From Planctomycetota bacterium (GTDB taxonomy: Bacteria; Planctomycetota; PLA2; JAEUHO01): a DNA stretch of 64,000 nucleotides. The DNA lies in contig CBDCTJ010000007.1 in the NCBI GenBank assembly GCA_965222115.1, forward strand, positions 800,001 to 864,000. Direction: 5' to 3'. The notes under the pieces are model-generated. The model did not search any database. It was not told the DNA's origin and saw nothing but the letters and a program-made list of their open reading frames with translations. This document shows, in pieces, positions 47,015 to 56,691 of this stretch (position 1 is the first letter of the stretch; each line of letters opens with the position of its first letter). A program made the translations under genes and the position numbers.

Positions 47015-47806
47015 CTATTTGTCCACGTCGTCGTCGGGTTCGTTTGCCTTGTCATCCGAAGGCTCGTGCCTGACTTCATCGCTCGACGCCGACGTCGCGT
47101 CCGAAGCCTTTGCATCACGAAGTTCCTCTTCCAGCTTCTCTCGCGCTCGCTTCTCCTTCAGAAGCCCCAGCGCGCGTTCCATGCGAAGCACCGACAACTT
47201 ATGATTCACGACGCGCACACCTTCTTTGGCGTTGGCAACCTCCTGCTCAAGTTCGCGCTGTTGCTTGGGAAGTTCGCCGTCCCGCTTGAGGGTGGCTTCG
47301 GCTTCGCTGAGGGCCAGTCGCCGCTTCGCAAACTCCATATCCTTGGTACCGCGATGCAGGACCAATTCTTTGGTCATGTTGGCAAACTCTTCGGCCTTGT
47401 ACATGGCCTTGAGCTCGTCGAGTTCCTTCTGGGCGCGGTAAGCCGATTCTTTGGAACGATCCAAGTCGAGTTGAATGTCCTTCAGCGCGTTTGGCAACTC
47501 ATGCTTTAGAAAGCGCTTGAGGTCGCCATCGGCCTCCTTCAGCTTGGCCTCGGCGCTACGCAGCTCATGGGCGAGTTCGAGCGCCTCGCCTTCGTGCTTT
47601 GCGGCGGCGATTTCATGTTCACGCTTGAGTTCCAATAGATCGGCACGCAGATCGTCGGCTGACTTCTCTTCGTCGTCATCCTCGGATGTTGAGTTGGTCG
47701 GCGTGGTGGAGGGGGGACGCGCGGGTGCGCCGCACGACGCCAACGATGGACCCACGATCAGCAAGAGTAGAAGCGTGAGTAGGGGGAAGGGCAGTGAGCG
47801 ACCCAT
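47015..47806 (-). CDS. Coiled-coil lipoprotein (hypothetical)
   Basis: Lipobox 'LASC'. Long E/K/L-rich heptad region. Abuts the downstream gene. Confidence 0.65.
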   Translation of the reverse strand: MGRSLPFPLLTLLLLLIVGPSLASCGAPARPPSTTPTNSTSEDDDEEKSADDLRADLLELKREHEIAAAKHEGEALELAHELRSAEAKLKEADGDLKRFLKHELPNALKDIQLDLDRSKESAYRAQKELDELKAMYKAEEFANMTKELVLHRGTKDMEFAKRRLALSEAEATLKRDGELPKQQRELEQEVANAKEGVRVVNHKLSVLRMERALGLLKEKRAREKLEEELRDAKASDATSASSDEVRHEPSDDKANEPDDDVDK

Positions 47807-47920
47807 GAATGCTCCGTGGGATTGGGAATCGAATGGGGAAGGTTTGCAACTCGGGTGGCGCAACCGATGATACGCCCCGCCGTCGCGCCGCAAACCGGGC
47901 GCCCAGTGCGGGAGGGTCGC

Positions 47921-49465
47921 GTGCAACTCGGATTTGTCATCGACCACGCGCGTTGCATTGGCTGCCACGCATGCACAGTGGCGTGCAAGTCGGAAAACGA
48001 CGTGCCGCTGGGCAAATTTCGCACCTGGGTGAAATACACCGAAACCGGCGAATTTCCCTCCGTCCGCCGTAACTTCGCCGTTCTTCGGTGCAATCAGTGC
48101 AGCTCAGCGCCCTGCGTGACGATTTGTCCGGTGCGCGCGCTTGAGAAGCGTAGCGACGGGATTGTGGACATTGATCCCGCCCAGTGCATTGGATGCAAGA
48201 GTTGTATGCAGGCCTGTCCCTATGACGCGCTCTACATCAATGAAGACCAGGGCATTGCCGAGAAGTGTCACTTTTGCGCCCATCGCGTGGAGCGTGGTCT
48301 GGCGCCCGCCTGCGCCGTGGTGTGTCCCACCGAAGCCATCATCCCTGGCGACTTTGACGATCCCACTAGCACGGTTTCACAGATGCGCGCGGGCGGTCGT
48401 TTGACCGCACGCAAAGTCGAGGCCGAAACCGGGCCAAACGTCTGGTACCGCGACGTCGAGCCCACGGGTATTGCGCCGCTATCGACGCATGCGGCTGGCG
48501 GCTACCTCTGGGCCAATGCCATGCCGTCGCTCAATGTGAATGTAGAGGCCATGCGCGCGCCGGATACGACTGCGCGTACCGTTTACGACGTTGAACACAA
48601 GCCGTGGTGGGGTCGCAAGGTATCGGGGTACCTGTTTACCAAGTCGATTTCGGCCGGTGCGTTTTTAGCGCTCGTGCCTTCGTTGATGGGTTGGGCGGGC
48701 GACACCCCCGGCGAAACGGATGTGGTGGTTTCCACGTGGACATGGTTGCTCACCGGCATTGGCGTGTTGTTCCTCGCGATTACGACTGGCCTGCTCGTGG
48801 GCGATCTCAAGCGTCCCGAGCGATTCCTCAAGATACTTACCCATCCCAACTGGTCGTCGTGGTTGGTGCGTGGCGCGATTGTGCTCATGGTGTACGGCGG
48901 CCTGTTGACCCTTTGGCTGATCCTGTTGTTCTTTGAGGTGTCGTTACCGGACATTGTGCGTAGCGTCTTGGTGATTGCCACGGCGACGGCGGCCATTGCG
49001 GCAGCGATCTACTCGGCGTGGCTATTTGCGCAAGCCAAAGGACGTGCACTCTGGATGCAAAAAGGTCTGCCACTAAAGCTCGCGCTTCAAGCGTTGATCG
49101 CCGGATGTGGCGTCGCGTTGCTACTCGGCGCCTTCATCGATATGCCCGACGTGCTGGCCAGTTACCTACGACCGACACTCGTCTCCGCTCTGGGGCTGCA
49201 TCTCGTGCTGTTGCTTCTTGAGCGCTTCATGGCGCCAAAGGGTCGCGAATACGAGTTTCATCAGGCCACCGCGCTTTTGACGCGCGGCCCCTATGCGGTG
49301 GCGCACTGGCTACTTGCTGTTGTTGTTGGGCACGTGCTTCCGTTGGTGTGGGCTGTCTTTCAACCGGGTGTGATTGATCCGGTAGCTGGCGCGATGGCGC
49401 TGCTCGGTGTGTATGTGGTCGAAGATTTGTTCATTCGCGTGGGCCAAGCCCTCCCAATCAGTTAG
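47921..49465 (+). CDS. Fused 4Fe-4S (NrfC/PsrB-like) and NrfD/PsrC membrane anchor subunit
   Basis: Four Cys groups (CIGCHAC...C; CNQC...PC...CP; CIGCKSC..ACP; KCHFC...ACAVVCP). NrfD motifs 'DLKRPERF' and 'SWLVRGA'. GGGAGG precedes GTG 47921. Confidence 0.9.
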   Translation: MQLGFVIDHARCIGCHACTVACKSENDVPLGKFRTWVKYTETGEFPSVRRNFAVLRCNQCSSAPCVTICPVRALEKRSDGIVDIDPAQCIGCKSCMQACPYDALYINEDQGIAEKCHFCAHRVERGLAPACAVVCPTEAIIPGDFDDPTSTVSQMRAGGRLTARKVEAETGPNVWYRDVEPTGIAPLSTHAAGGYLWANAMPSLNVNVEAMRAPDTTARTVYDVEHKPWWGRKVSGYLFTKSISAGAFLALVPSLMGWAGDTPGETDVVVSTWTWLLTGIGVLFLAITTGLLVGDLKRPERFLKILTHPNWSSWLVRGAIVLMVYGGLLTLWLILLFFEVSLPDIVRSVLVIATATAAIAAAIYSAWLFAQAKGRALWMQKGLPLKLALQALIAGCGVALLLGAFIDMPDVLASYLRPTLVSALGLHLVLLLLERFMAPKGREYEFHQATALLTRGPYAVAHWLLAVVVGHVLPLVWAVFQPGVIDPVAGAMALLGVYVVEDLFIRVGQALPIS

Positions 49466-49481
49466 GGGGGCCAGGAGCGTC

Positions 49482-52202
49482 ATGAGTAACGATAGTTCAC
49501 CGCGCGCGACGCCGCCTCGTGGCCGTGTATCGCCTTGGGCGCTCGACGTAGGGCCCGATCCCGCATCGTGGGACGACTGGATGGAACTTGATAGCGCTGC
49601 GTGGCCGGAGAAGCGAGAGCGCCACTATCGCTGTGTGCCCACGATCTGTTTTAACTGCGAGTCCGGTTGCGGCTTGCTGGCGTTCGTTGATAAAGAGACT
49701 GACGCGATTCAGAAGTTCGAAGGCAATCCCGTGCACCCGGGTAGCCGTGGTCGCACCTGTGCCAAGGGTCCGGCCACCATTAACCAAGTGAATGACACCG
49801 AACGCATTCTCAGGCCGCTCAAGCGCGTAGGGAAACGCGGCGCGGGCACTTTCGAACCGGTGTCGTGGGACGAGGCGCTAGACGATATCGCGGGTCGCGT
49901 GCGGCGAGCCCTCGATGAAGATCGTCACGACGAGATCATGTATCACGTGGGGCGCCCGGGCGAGGATCACTTCATGCCGCGCCTCATCTCGGCATGGGGT
50001 ATCGATGGGTTCAACTCCCACACCAATGTGTGTAGCGCGTCGGCCCGCACGGGCTTTGCGCTTTGGTGTGGATCCGATCGCCCCTCGCCCGACTACGCCA
50101 ATGCAAAGTTCATTCTCCTAATCTCAGCTCACCTAGAAACGGGTCACTACTTCAATCCCCACGCGCAACGCATCGTTGAAGCCAAAGAGGCCGGCGCACG
50201 CATGGCGGTAGTGGATACGCGACTGAGCAACACCGCGAGTCGCGCCGATCATTGGGTATCGACCTGGCCGGGCAGCGAAGCCGCATTGTTGCTTGGCGTC
50301 GCCTATGAACTGATTCGTACGCGACGAATCGATCAGGCGTTTCTCAAGACCTGGACCAACTGGACGGCATGGATGGAAGCGCGCGCGCCCGAACATGACG
50401 TAACGTTCGACGCGTTCTTAACGTCCTTGGAAGAAACATACGCCTCCTACACGCCCGAGTTCGTTGCCCAGGAGTGTCGTGTTGATCCGTCGATCGTTTC
50501 GACGTTGGCCGATGAGATTCATCAGGCCGGGACGCGTTTTGCAAGTCATTTGTGGCGTAGTGCCGCCAGTGGCAATCTGGGTGGCTGGCAAATCGCTCGG
50601 GCGCTTACGTTGTTGCACGTACTGACAGGGAGTTTTGGTGTCGAGGGCGGGCTTAATCCCAATAGCTGGGACAAGTTTGTGCCCAAGCCCACGAACAATC
50701 CAACGCCCATTGATCGTTGGAATGAACTGATTTGGCCCAAAGAGTTTCCGCTGGCACACTATGAAATGAGTTTCCTCTTGCCGCACTTGCTGCGTGCGCA
50801 AGACAAGAAGCTCGATGTCTACTTCACGCGTGTCTACAACCCCGTGTGGACCAATCCCGACGGGTGCTCGTGGATTGACATGCTTGAGAATGAATCGCGC
50901 GTGGGCTGCCACGTGGCCCTCACACCGATTTGGAGTGAGAGCGCGCAGTGGGCCGATTATGTTTTGCCCATGGGGCTTGCCCCCGAGCGCCACGACGTCA
51001 TGAGTCAAGAAACCCATGCCGGCACGTGGATTGGCTTTCGTCAACCGGTGCTACGCGAACACGCGCGTTTGAATGGACGTGAAACGGATTCCACGCGCGA
51101 AACCAATCCCGGTGAGGTGTGGGAAGAAGCCGAGTTTTGGATTGCGCTCACGCACAAAATCGACCCCGATGGCTCGCGCGGCATGGCGAAGTACTTCGAG
51201 TCCCCGGATAAGCCCGGTTCACCGATGTCGATGGACGAGTACTTTGGTGACCTCTTTGGGAATGTGCCGGGCTTGAGCGAAGCTGCGTCCGCAGAGGGCA
51301 TGACGCCGCTTGAGTACATGCGTCGTCGCGGCGCGTTTGCTGTTCCGTATGCCGGTCAAGCGCGTTATGCGCAACCGGATGACCAGGGCAACCCTGCCGG
51401 GTTTCCAACGCCCTCCAAGAAGCTCGAGATCTACTCACCCACGCTCGCAGCATGGGGCCATGCGGACGAAGCCGTGCCGGGCTACATTCGATCCCATGTG
51501 CATTGGCGGCACCTCAATCAGGCCAAGGGCGAGCGCGTGCTGCTTCCCACGTTTCGTCTGCCGACGTTGATTCACACACGCTCGGGCAACGCCAAATGGC
51601 TACAAGAGATCTCGCATACCAACCCGTTATGGGTCCACCCGAAAGACGCAGAGGCGCTGGGCCTCACCAACGGCGGACTCGTGCGCGTTTCAACCGACAT
51701 TGGCTACTTCATTCCACGCGTGTGGGTCACGGAAGGTATTCATCCGGGCATTGTGGCGTGTTCGCATCACGTGGGTCGCTGGCGTTTGCATCCTTCGATT
51801 GGTGGGCAACAAGCCGCATCGTCACTCGTAGACATGACGCGTACAGGCGACACGTACTTGCTTCGCCAGAAGCGTGGCGCGAAAGGCCCCAAGGGAGATC
51901 GCGATGCCGACCATGTCTGGTGGCACGAAGTGGGCGTCAATCAAAATCTCACGTTTCCCGTTCAACCCGATCCGGTCAGTGGTATGCACTGTTGGCATCA
52001 GCGCGTCACGGTCACGCCGCCGCAAGGGGACGATCGCTACGGCGACATCTCGGTTGATCTTGCCAAGTCGCGCGCCATCTACGACGCATGGATAGGAAAG
52101 ACCGTTCCGGCACCGGGCCCGGGTGGACTTCGCCGCCCGCTCTGGCTCAAGCGCACGCTGCACCCTCAAGCCTCGGCGTATCAAATGAACTCCCCGATGT
52201 AG
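49482..52202 (+). CDS. Molybdopterin (bis-MGD) oxidoreductase catalytic subunit, no Tat signal
   Basis: FS0 motif 'CFNCESGC...CAKG', 'NSHTNVCS', 'ADYVLP', C-terminal 'HTRSGNAKWL.E...NPLWVHP.DA..LG'. Confidence 0.9.
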   Translation: MSNDSSPRATPPRGRVSPWALDVGPDPASWDDWMELDSAAWPEKRERHYRCVPTICFNCESGCGLLAFVDKETDAIQKFEGNPVHPGSRGRTCAKGPATINQVNDTERILRPLKRVGKRGAGTFEPVSWDEALDDIAGRVRRALDEDRHDEIMYHVGRPGEDHFMPRLISAWGIDGFNSHTNVCSASARTGFALWCGSDRPSPDYANAKFILLISAHLETGHYFNPHAQRIVEAKEAGARMAVVDTRLSNTASRADHWVSTWPGSEAALLLGVAYELIRTRRIDQAFLKTWTNWTAWMEARAPEHDVTFDAFLTSLEETYASYTPEFVAQECRVDPSIVSTLADEIHQAGTRFASHLWRSAASGNLGGWQIARALTLLHVLTGSFGVEGGLNPNSWDKFVPKPTNNPTPIDRWNELIWPKEFPLAHYEMSFLLPHLLRAQDKKLDVYFTRVYNPVWTNPDGCSWIDMLENESRVGCHVALTPIWSESAQWADYVLPMGLAPERHDVMSQETHAGTWIGFRQPVLREHARLNGRETDSTRETNPGEVWEEAEFWIALTHKIDPDGSRGMAKYFESPDKPGSPMSMDEYFGDLFGNVPGLSEAASAEGMTPLEYMRRRGAFAVPYAGQARYAQPDDQGNPAGFPTPSKKLEIYSPTLAAWGHADEAVPGYIRSHVHWRHLNQAKGERVLLPTFRLPTLIHTRSGNAKWLQEISHTNPLWVHPKDAEALGLTNGGLVRVSTDIGYFIPRVWVTEGIHPGIVACSHHVGRWRLHPSIGGQQAASSLVDMTRTGDTYLLRQKRGAKGPKGDRDADHVWWHEVGVNQNLTFPVQPDPVSGMHCWHQRVTVTPPQGDDRYGDISVDLAKSRAIYDAWIGKTVPAPGPGGLRRPLWLKRTLHPQASAYQMNSPM

Positions 52203-52214
52203 CGCGCGATCGAT

Positions 52215-53018
52215 CTACGTGGGCCGAAACACCAGCCAGCCCAGTGTGGCGAGGGCCGCCAGTAGACAGTAGGGGGCAAACCAGTGCAGGCGATCGCGCG
52301 TGACGACGCGGCGAAGCACAACAAGCGCAATGATGCTCACTGCAAAGCAAACGGCGAAGGCCGCGGCGAGCGTGGTCCACGTCGCGACCGTACCCAGCGC
52401 GCTCGCGTTTTTGAGTTCGAGGAGCTGTGCGCCGGCGATGAGGGGCAGCGCTGCAAGAAAACTGAACTTGAAACTCTCTTCACGTTGAAGGCCGAGTAGC
52501 AACGCCGTAGCGATTGTACTGCCTGAACGGCTCACGCCGGGTACCACCGCTAGTGCTTGGGCAAGACCAATGAGCACCAGCGCGCGTACCGGCAGCGGAC
52601 CCGGGTCGGTGATCGACCAGCGGCGCTCACGAGTTTGTTTGGACGCCAACAAAAAGACCGTTGTGAGCAGCCAGCCCACCGCAACAACCCACAGTGAGTC
52701 GAATAGAAGTTCCGCTCGCCCACTTACCTTTAGCGCGATGCCTAGGATTCCTGCCGGAAGGCACGCAATCAATACGGCCAACGCCCAGCGCCAACGCTTG
52801 GGGGAACGCACAATGGCAACAATGTCCTTCCATAGCACGACCACCACCGCCAGGAGGGAGGCGCTATGAAGCAAAACGAAGAACGCCTCGCGCGTTTGGG
52901 GGCTTGTATTGCTACCAAAGAGCTCGGTAAGCGCCATGAGGTGACCGGAAGAGCTGACGGGCAAGAACTCGGTCAATGCCTGCAGTATCGCTAGGGCAAG
53001 AATGACAAGAAACGCCAT
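52215..53018 (-). CDS. uppP: Undecaprenyl-diphosphate phosphatase
   Basis: 'Q.LTEFLPVSSSGH' and 'PGVSRSGSTI'. Confidence 0.93.
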   Translation of the reverse strand: MAFLVILALAILQALTEFLPVSSSGHLMALTELFGSNTSPQTREAFFVLLHSASLLAVVVVLWKDIVAIVRSPKRWRWALAVLIACLPAGILGIALKVSGRAELLFDSLWVVAVGWLLTTVFLLASKQTRERRWSITDPGPLPVRALVLIGLAQALAVVPGVSRSGSTIATALLLGLQREESFKFSFLAALPLIAGAQLLELKNASALGTVATWTTLAAAFAVCFAVSIIALVVLRRVVTRDRLHWFAPYCLLAALATLGWLVFRPT

Positions 53019-53023
53019 ACCGG

Positions 53024-53932
53024 CTAGACCGAGTCCTGGTGTGGTGCCAGGCGACTAAGCACGTCGTCGATGGCGGTCGCGAGTTGTGTGCGGCCAGCTT
53101 CCTGCCAGTGAGTTTTGACCCGGTGCACGTGATCGTTGAGTTTGGTCTTGACGGCCGCAACAACGTTGGGATTCGCGTTGTCGGTAAAGCGAGATTGAAG
53201 CACGGCCATGTCGTTCATAGCGCCAAGGTCATCCTGCAACTGCTTGAGGCGCGACACCGCGTTCTCGACCTCAGGGATGTCTCGGCGGAGCGGTTCCAGG
53301 GCGTAGCGCAAGTTCTTGCCGCGAATGCGGGTCTTGTGCCACGCTCTTGAGCCTCCGCCTTTGCGAATCCGCGTCGAGAGCGTGTTCCACGCTTTACGAA
53401 TGCGCGGTGCCAATGCGTCCGCAAATGAACGGTTGGCATCGTCATGCGGTTCGGCTGAATCTGCGCCCGCTTGTGCCCACGTCTCGATGGTTCCGAGCGT
53501 GTTCGCTAACGCCGCCATGATCGACGTCGCGTCTCGCTGCGGATTGCGCGATGCCAATGGCGCCATCAGCGACGGATTGCGCGACGCCTCCTCCAGTGCC
53601 GTCCCGCGGAAGAGTTCCTCAAGCAGCAGGTTTCCAACATCCTGGTCGCGTAAGCGACTCGTTTCGCGATGCAGCGATTTGAGGGCCTTTGCGGCGTCGC
53701 TACGGTGCCACACCGTGGTGCGCAGCACCTTGCGCCACACCTTGGTGGTCGCGCGCATTCGTCGTACCGCTACGCGAAAATCGTGAATGCCCTCTACGAA
53801 ATCGCTATGGGCCAGGTCTAGCCCTTCCCGGGCTCGTTTGCATTGGTGCCGCAGAATGACGAACACACCGTCTCGCGCGCGTTGCACGAGTAGCCCACGA
53901 TACGGTTGAACGGGCTCGGGGGACGTCGCCAC
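53024..53932 (-). CDS. CHAD domain protein
   Basis: 'IHDFRVAVRRMR', 'RDQDV', 'WHKTRIRGKNLRYALE', 'LQDDLG.MND'. Confidence 0.88.
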   Translation of the reverse strand: MATSPEPVQPYRGLLVQRARDGVFVILRHQCKRAREGLDLAHSDFVEGIHDFRVAVRRMRATTKVWRKVLRTTVWHRSDAAKALKSLHRETSRLRDQDVGNLLLEELFRGTALEEASRNPSLMAPLASRNPQRDATSIMAALANTLGTIETWAQAGADSAEPHDDANRSFADALAPRIRKAWNTLSTRIRKGGGSRAWHKTRIRGKNLRYALEPLRRDIPEVENAVSRLKQLQDDLGAMNDMAVLQSRFTDNANPNVVAAVKTKLNDHVHRVKTHWQEAGRTQLATAIDDVLSRLAPHQDSV

Positions 53933-53938
53933 GCGTGG

Positions 53939-54280
53939 TTATTCCCAGGACTCACCGTAGTTGTGAGTGATTTCGTCACCCTTTTTGATCGCGCGCACCG
54001 ACCAAAGCTCCAGACCAAAGAATCCTGCATTGGGCTTCTTGGCATGATTAACAAAGCGGCAAGCGTTTGTGATGCGGATGCCCGATTCGTTTCCGCGATC
54101 GTCATCGGACCAAATGACGTAACTTCCGTCGCGCTTTGTGGGAACGCCTTCGATCGACTCAATCAAGGTGTTCTTTGGAATGTCCCGAGCGGCGAAGAGG
54201 CCTCGTCCATGAATGGGGCTCTTCGCGACGAAGTAGGCGGGACCCTTGCGCTTGGAACTCGCTCGTTTCTTGGCTGCCAT
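53939..54280 (-). CDS. Minimal SET-domain protein
   Basis: 'SPIHGRGLFA.RDI', 'RFVNH...PNA', 'R.IKKGDEIT.NY'. Confidence 0.85.
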   Translation of the reverse strand: MAAKKRASSKRKGPAYFVAKSPIHGRGLFAARDIPKNTLIESIEGVPTKRDGSYVIWSDDDRGNESGIRITNACRFVNHAKKPNAGFFGLELWSVRAIKKGDEITHNYGESWE

Positions 54281-54354
54281 ACAGGATCCGAGGATAAGGG
54301 GCCGACGCGCGTAAAGAATGTTCTGGCAAGTCGATGACGCATGCATCGGAAAAA

Positions 54355-54430
54355 TGGAGCGGCTGATCGGATTCGAACCGACGACAACGACCTTGGCAAG
54401 GTCGTGCTCTACCAGCTGAGCTACAGCCGC
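54355..54430 (-). tRNA. tRNA-Gly(GCC)
   Basis: Reverse complement GCGGCTGTAGCTCAGCTGGTAGAGCACGACCTT-GCC-AAGGTCGTTGTCGTCGGTTCGAATCCGATCAGCCGCTCCA. Confidence 0.97.
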
Positions 54431-54551
54431 TCGTGGGAGTGGAGAGTACGGAGAGAGGCGCCTTCGTCAAGACCGCGCGCCTACCGAAATTGTAGGTTTC
54501 GGCCCGCAGCCCCCGCGTGGAAATCCAGCGGCCCGCATAGGATGGCGGCCC

Positions 54552-54923
54552 ATGGGATCCGCCGCCCTCTACTACGTCTATGCCACCGTCATGATCGCTG
54601 CGCTCTACTGTTTTGTGCGTGCGTGGCAAACGCGCTTTGTAACGCCAATCCACAAGCGGTTCGCGCTCTGGGGCGTGGGGCTCAACATTGGCGGCGTCTT
54701 GGCCGTGATTGTCGCGCATCGGATGTGGGGTTGGGTGGTTGAGCACCGAATTGAGGACGTCGTCACCTGGCACCGACGTTTGGCCTACGTTTCGTCGGCC
54801 CTCATTATTCTAATCGCAATCACCGGCGCGCTGCGCATGTCCATCCATAAGCGGCTCTACATCATATTCTTCCCGCTCTACATCATCGTGCTCATTACGG
54901 CCCTGGTTGGGTACAAACCCTGA
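54552..54923 (+). CDS. Small four-TM membrane protein (DUF420-like)
   Basis: Four hydrophobic segments with His-basic motifs 'HKR', 'HRR', 'HKR'. Confidence 0.6.
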   Translation: MGSAALYYVYATVMIAALYCFVRAWQTRFVTPIHKRFALWGVGLNIGGVLAVIVAHRMWGWVVEHRIEDVVTWHRRLAYVSSALIILIAITGALRMSIHKRLYIIFFPLYIIVLITALVGYKP

Positions 54924-55247
54924 CCAGACGGGGGCGCGCTTAGGACCGACCGCCCGTAAGAAACGCCTGTAGGCATCGACCTATCTATCTGTTGATTGGG
55001 ACGGCGCAGACCTGTGCCGTTCGTGCCAATGGCAGATCCTGGCGCTCGATCATCGACTCGGGTCCCGCGTCGCCGAAATCCTCGTGCGAGGGTACGGCGT
55101 TGATGCCAAAGCTCCCGACACCGGAGCGCGCGGTGAAAAAAAATCGGCGTTGGGTGCGATGGCGTGAAGCGAATGGGTACATGGCTCGTGAGTCGCACGC
55201 GACTCAACACCTTCAACTCAAACAACCCGAAGATTCAGGAGTCCATC

Positions 55248-55706
55248 ATGAAGTCCATCGCACTTAAGTCTCTCGCATTGCTACTCGGCGTCGCGGCGCT
55301 TATGCCCGTAGCAGACGCACACGCGAACAGCTCGACACAGATTGCACGTCGCGAAGCGCAACGCGCGCACGCACAGGCTGCCACCGCCACAGCCACCGCC
55401 ACGGCACTAGTGGCCCAAAACAGTTCGCGGTTGGCCGCTTTCAATGCCGGTATGGCATCGTCCCGTCAGAGTACGCGTGCAGCCGCTCGTCGAACCTACT
55501 TGTACTTCCTTCGCAATATGAAGCGCAAGCACCAGGACGCCGAGCGCGCCCACTACTTTGCCATTCGAGCGTATCAGAACTACATCCGAGTAAGTCGTAA
55601 CACTGCCGCTCAGGTGCACGTCAATACACTCAGCGCTGCACGAGCTCGTCTTGGCGCTACGATCAATCAGATTCAAACCACCATCAACAATCTTCCCATG
55701 CCATAG
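55248..55706 (+). CDS. Hypothetical secreted Ala-rich helical protein
   Basis: AGGAG RBS. Signal peptide ending 'AHA'. Confidence 0.65.
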   Translation: MKSIALKSLALLLGVAALMPVADAHANSSTQIARREAQRAHAQAATATATATALVAQNSSRLAAFNAGMASSRQSTRAAARRTYLYFLRNMKRKHQDAERAHYFAIRAYQNYIRVSRNTAAQVHVNTLSAARARLGATINQIQTTINNLPMP

Positions 55707-55800
55707 CCTGGCGAAGTTCAATGTCGGAACCCCCATACGTCCGAGCGATATCGTTGTTGCTCGGGCGTCTCTCATTTTTGTTCGATGGCGTACGGTGTTA

Positions 55801-56691
55801 TCAGCCCCCTGCCAGCGCACTCATGAGGGCCACGACTTCCCCATGCACCACATCCGCCCGCATGTCCTCGACGAACCCCAGATCCCCTCGAAGCAGGCGC
55901 CAGTGCTTTGTGAGTGTGCCGTCCTCTTCCAGCACGTCGCCTACAAGCGCGGGATGCATCGACGCAAGTTGGGCGAGGCCGCTTTGTAGTGTTTGCGCTT
56001 CTATGTCTATGCGGTCCACGCCCGCTCGTTGCCGGGCCAGCTCGAAGAGCTCTATCACCAATCGAGGACGTCGCGCGTTCTTGTATCGAGTGCGAGCACG
56101 ATTGTAGTCGTCGGCCCGATTGATGTTGATGAGCGAGTCAAGGGACGAGTCGTACGTTCGAAGCGCCATTTCGTCGATCGTGTGATGGCGTAGGACGGTT
56201 CGAACGCGTCGCGGGCGGCGCTCGCCACGTTTGAGAAGACCTTCGATGGTCTCAACCGTGCGCGTGCGGTAGGCTGCGGACAGCGGCTGAGCCATGCCAC
56301 CAACCTCGGGCATAGCAACCTCGGCATCGCCCAGGGCGTCAACCACGCATCGCACGAACGACTCCTGCAAGAACGGGACATCACATGACGTCACATAAGC
56401 GACGTCGTGTTTGACAGCTCGCAGCCCAGCCAGCATGCCCGCCAAGGGTCCCAAGTCGGGTTCATGGTCGTAGGCCATGCGTGCGCGCGGCGGCAACGGA
56501 AATGCATCGCGATCCGGATGGTCCACAACGACGACGTCGCGCGCAACATTGCCCACAATGCGAACAACGCGTGCCAAGAGCGTTTCTTCGCCGAGGGTCA
56601 ATGCGGCCTTGTGCGCGCCCATGCGTGTGCTGCCACCGCCACAAAGAACGATGGCGCTCGTGGCGGGTGGGGAATAGGTCTTGCGCTTCAT
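55801..56691 (-). CDS. mobA: Molybdenum cofactor guanylyltransferase fused to C-terminal MoaD/ThiS-like domain
   Basis: 'IVLCGGGSTRMG..KA.L', 'GPLAG', 'CDVP', 'NIN..DDY', then a beta-grasp-like region ending 'SALAGG'. Confidence 0.85.
   Translation of the reverse strand: MKRKTYSPPATSAIVLCGGGSTRMGAHKAALTLGEETLLARVVRIVGNVARDVVVVDHPDRDAFPLPPRARMAYDHEPDLGPLAGMLAGLRAVKHDVAYVTSCDVPFLQESFVRCVVDALGDAEVAMPEVGGMAQPLSAAYRTRTVETIEGLLKRGERRPRRVRTVLRHHTIDEMALRTYDSSLDSLININRADDYNRARTRYKNARRPRLVIELFELARQRAGVDRIDIEAQTLQSGLAQLASMHPALVGDVLEEDGTLTKHWRLLRGDLGFVEDMRADVVHGEVVALMSALAGG

Noticed and set aside
49482-52202. Selenocysteine-containing formate dehydrogenase or respiratory arsenate reductase
   Set aside because: No in-frame TGA, no FDH 'C/U-H' active-site motif and no Tat leader, so the substrate cannot be assigned.
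54355-54385. Additional att site matching the tRNA-Gly(CCC) T-arm
   Set aside because: This is simply the shared T-arm of the intact tRNA-Gly(GCC) gene.
54924-55247. Hairpin-rich leader upstream of the secreted Ala-rich protein
   Set aside because: Several short stems, but no match to a riboswitch consensus I recognise. Such stems are expected by chance at this GC content.
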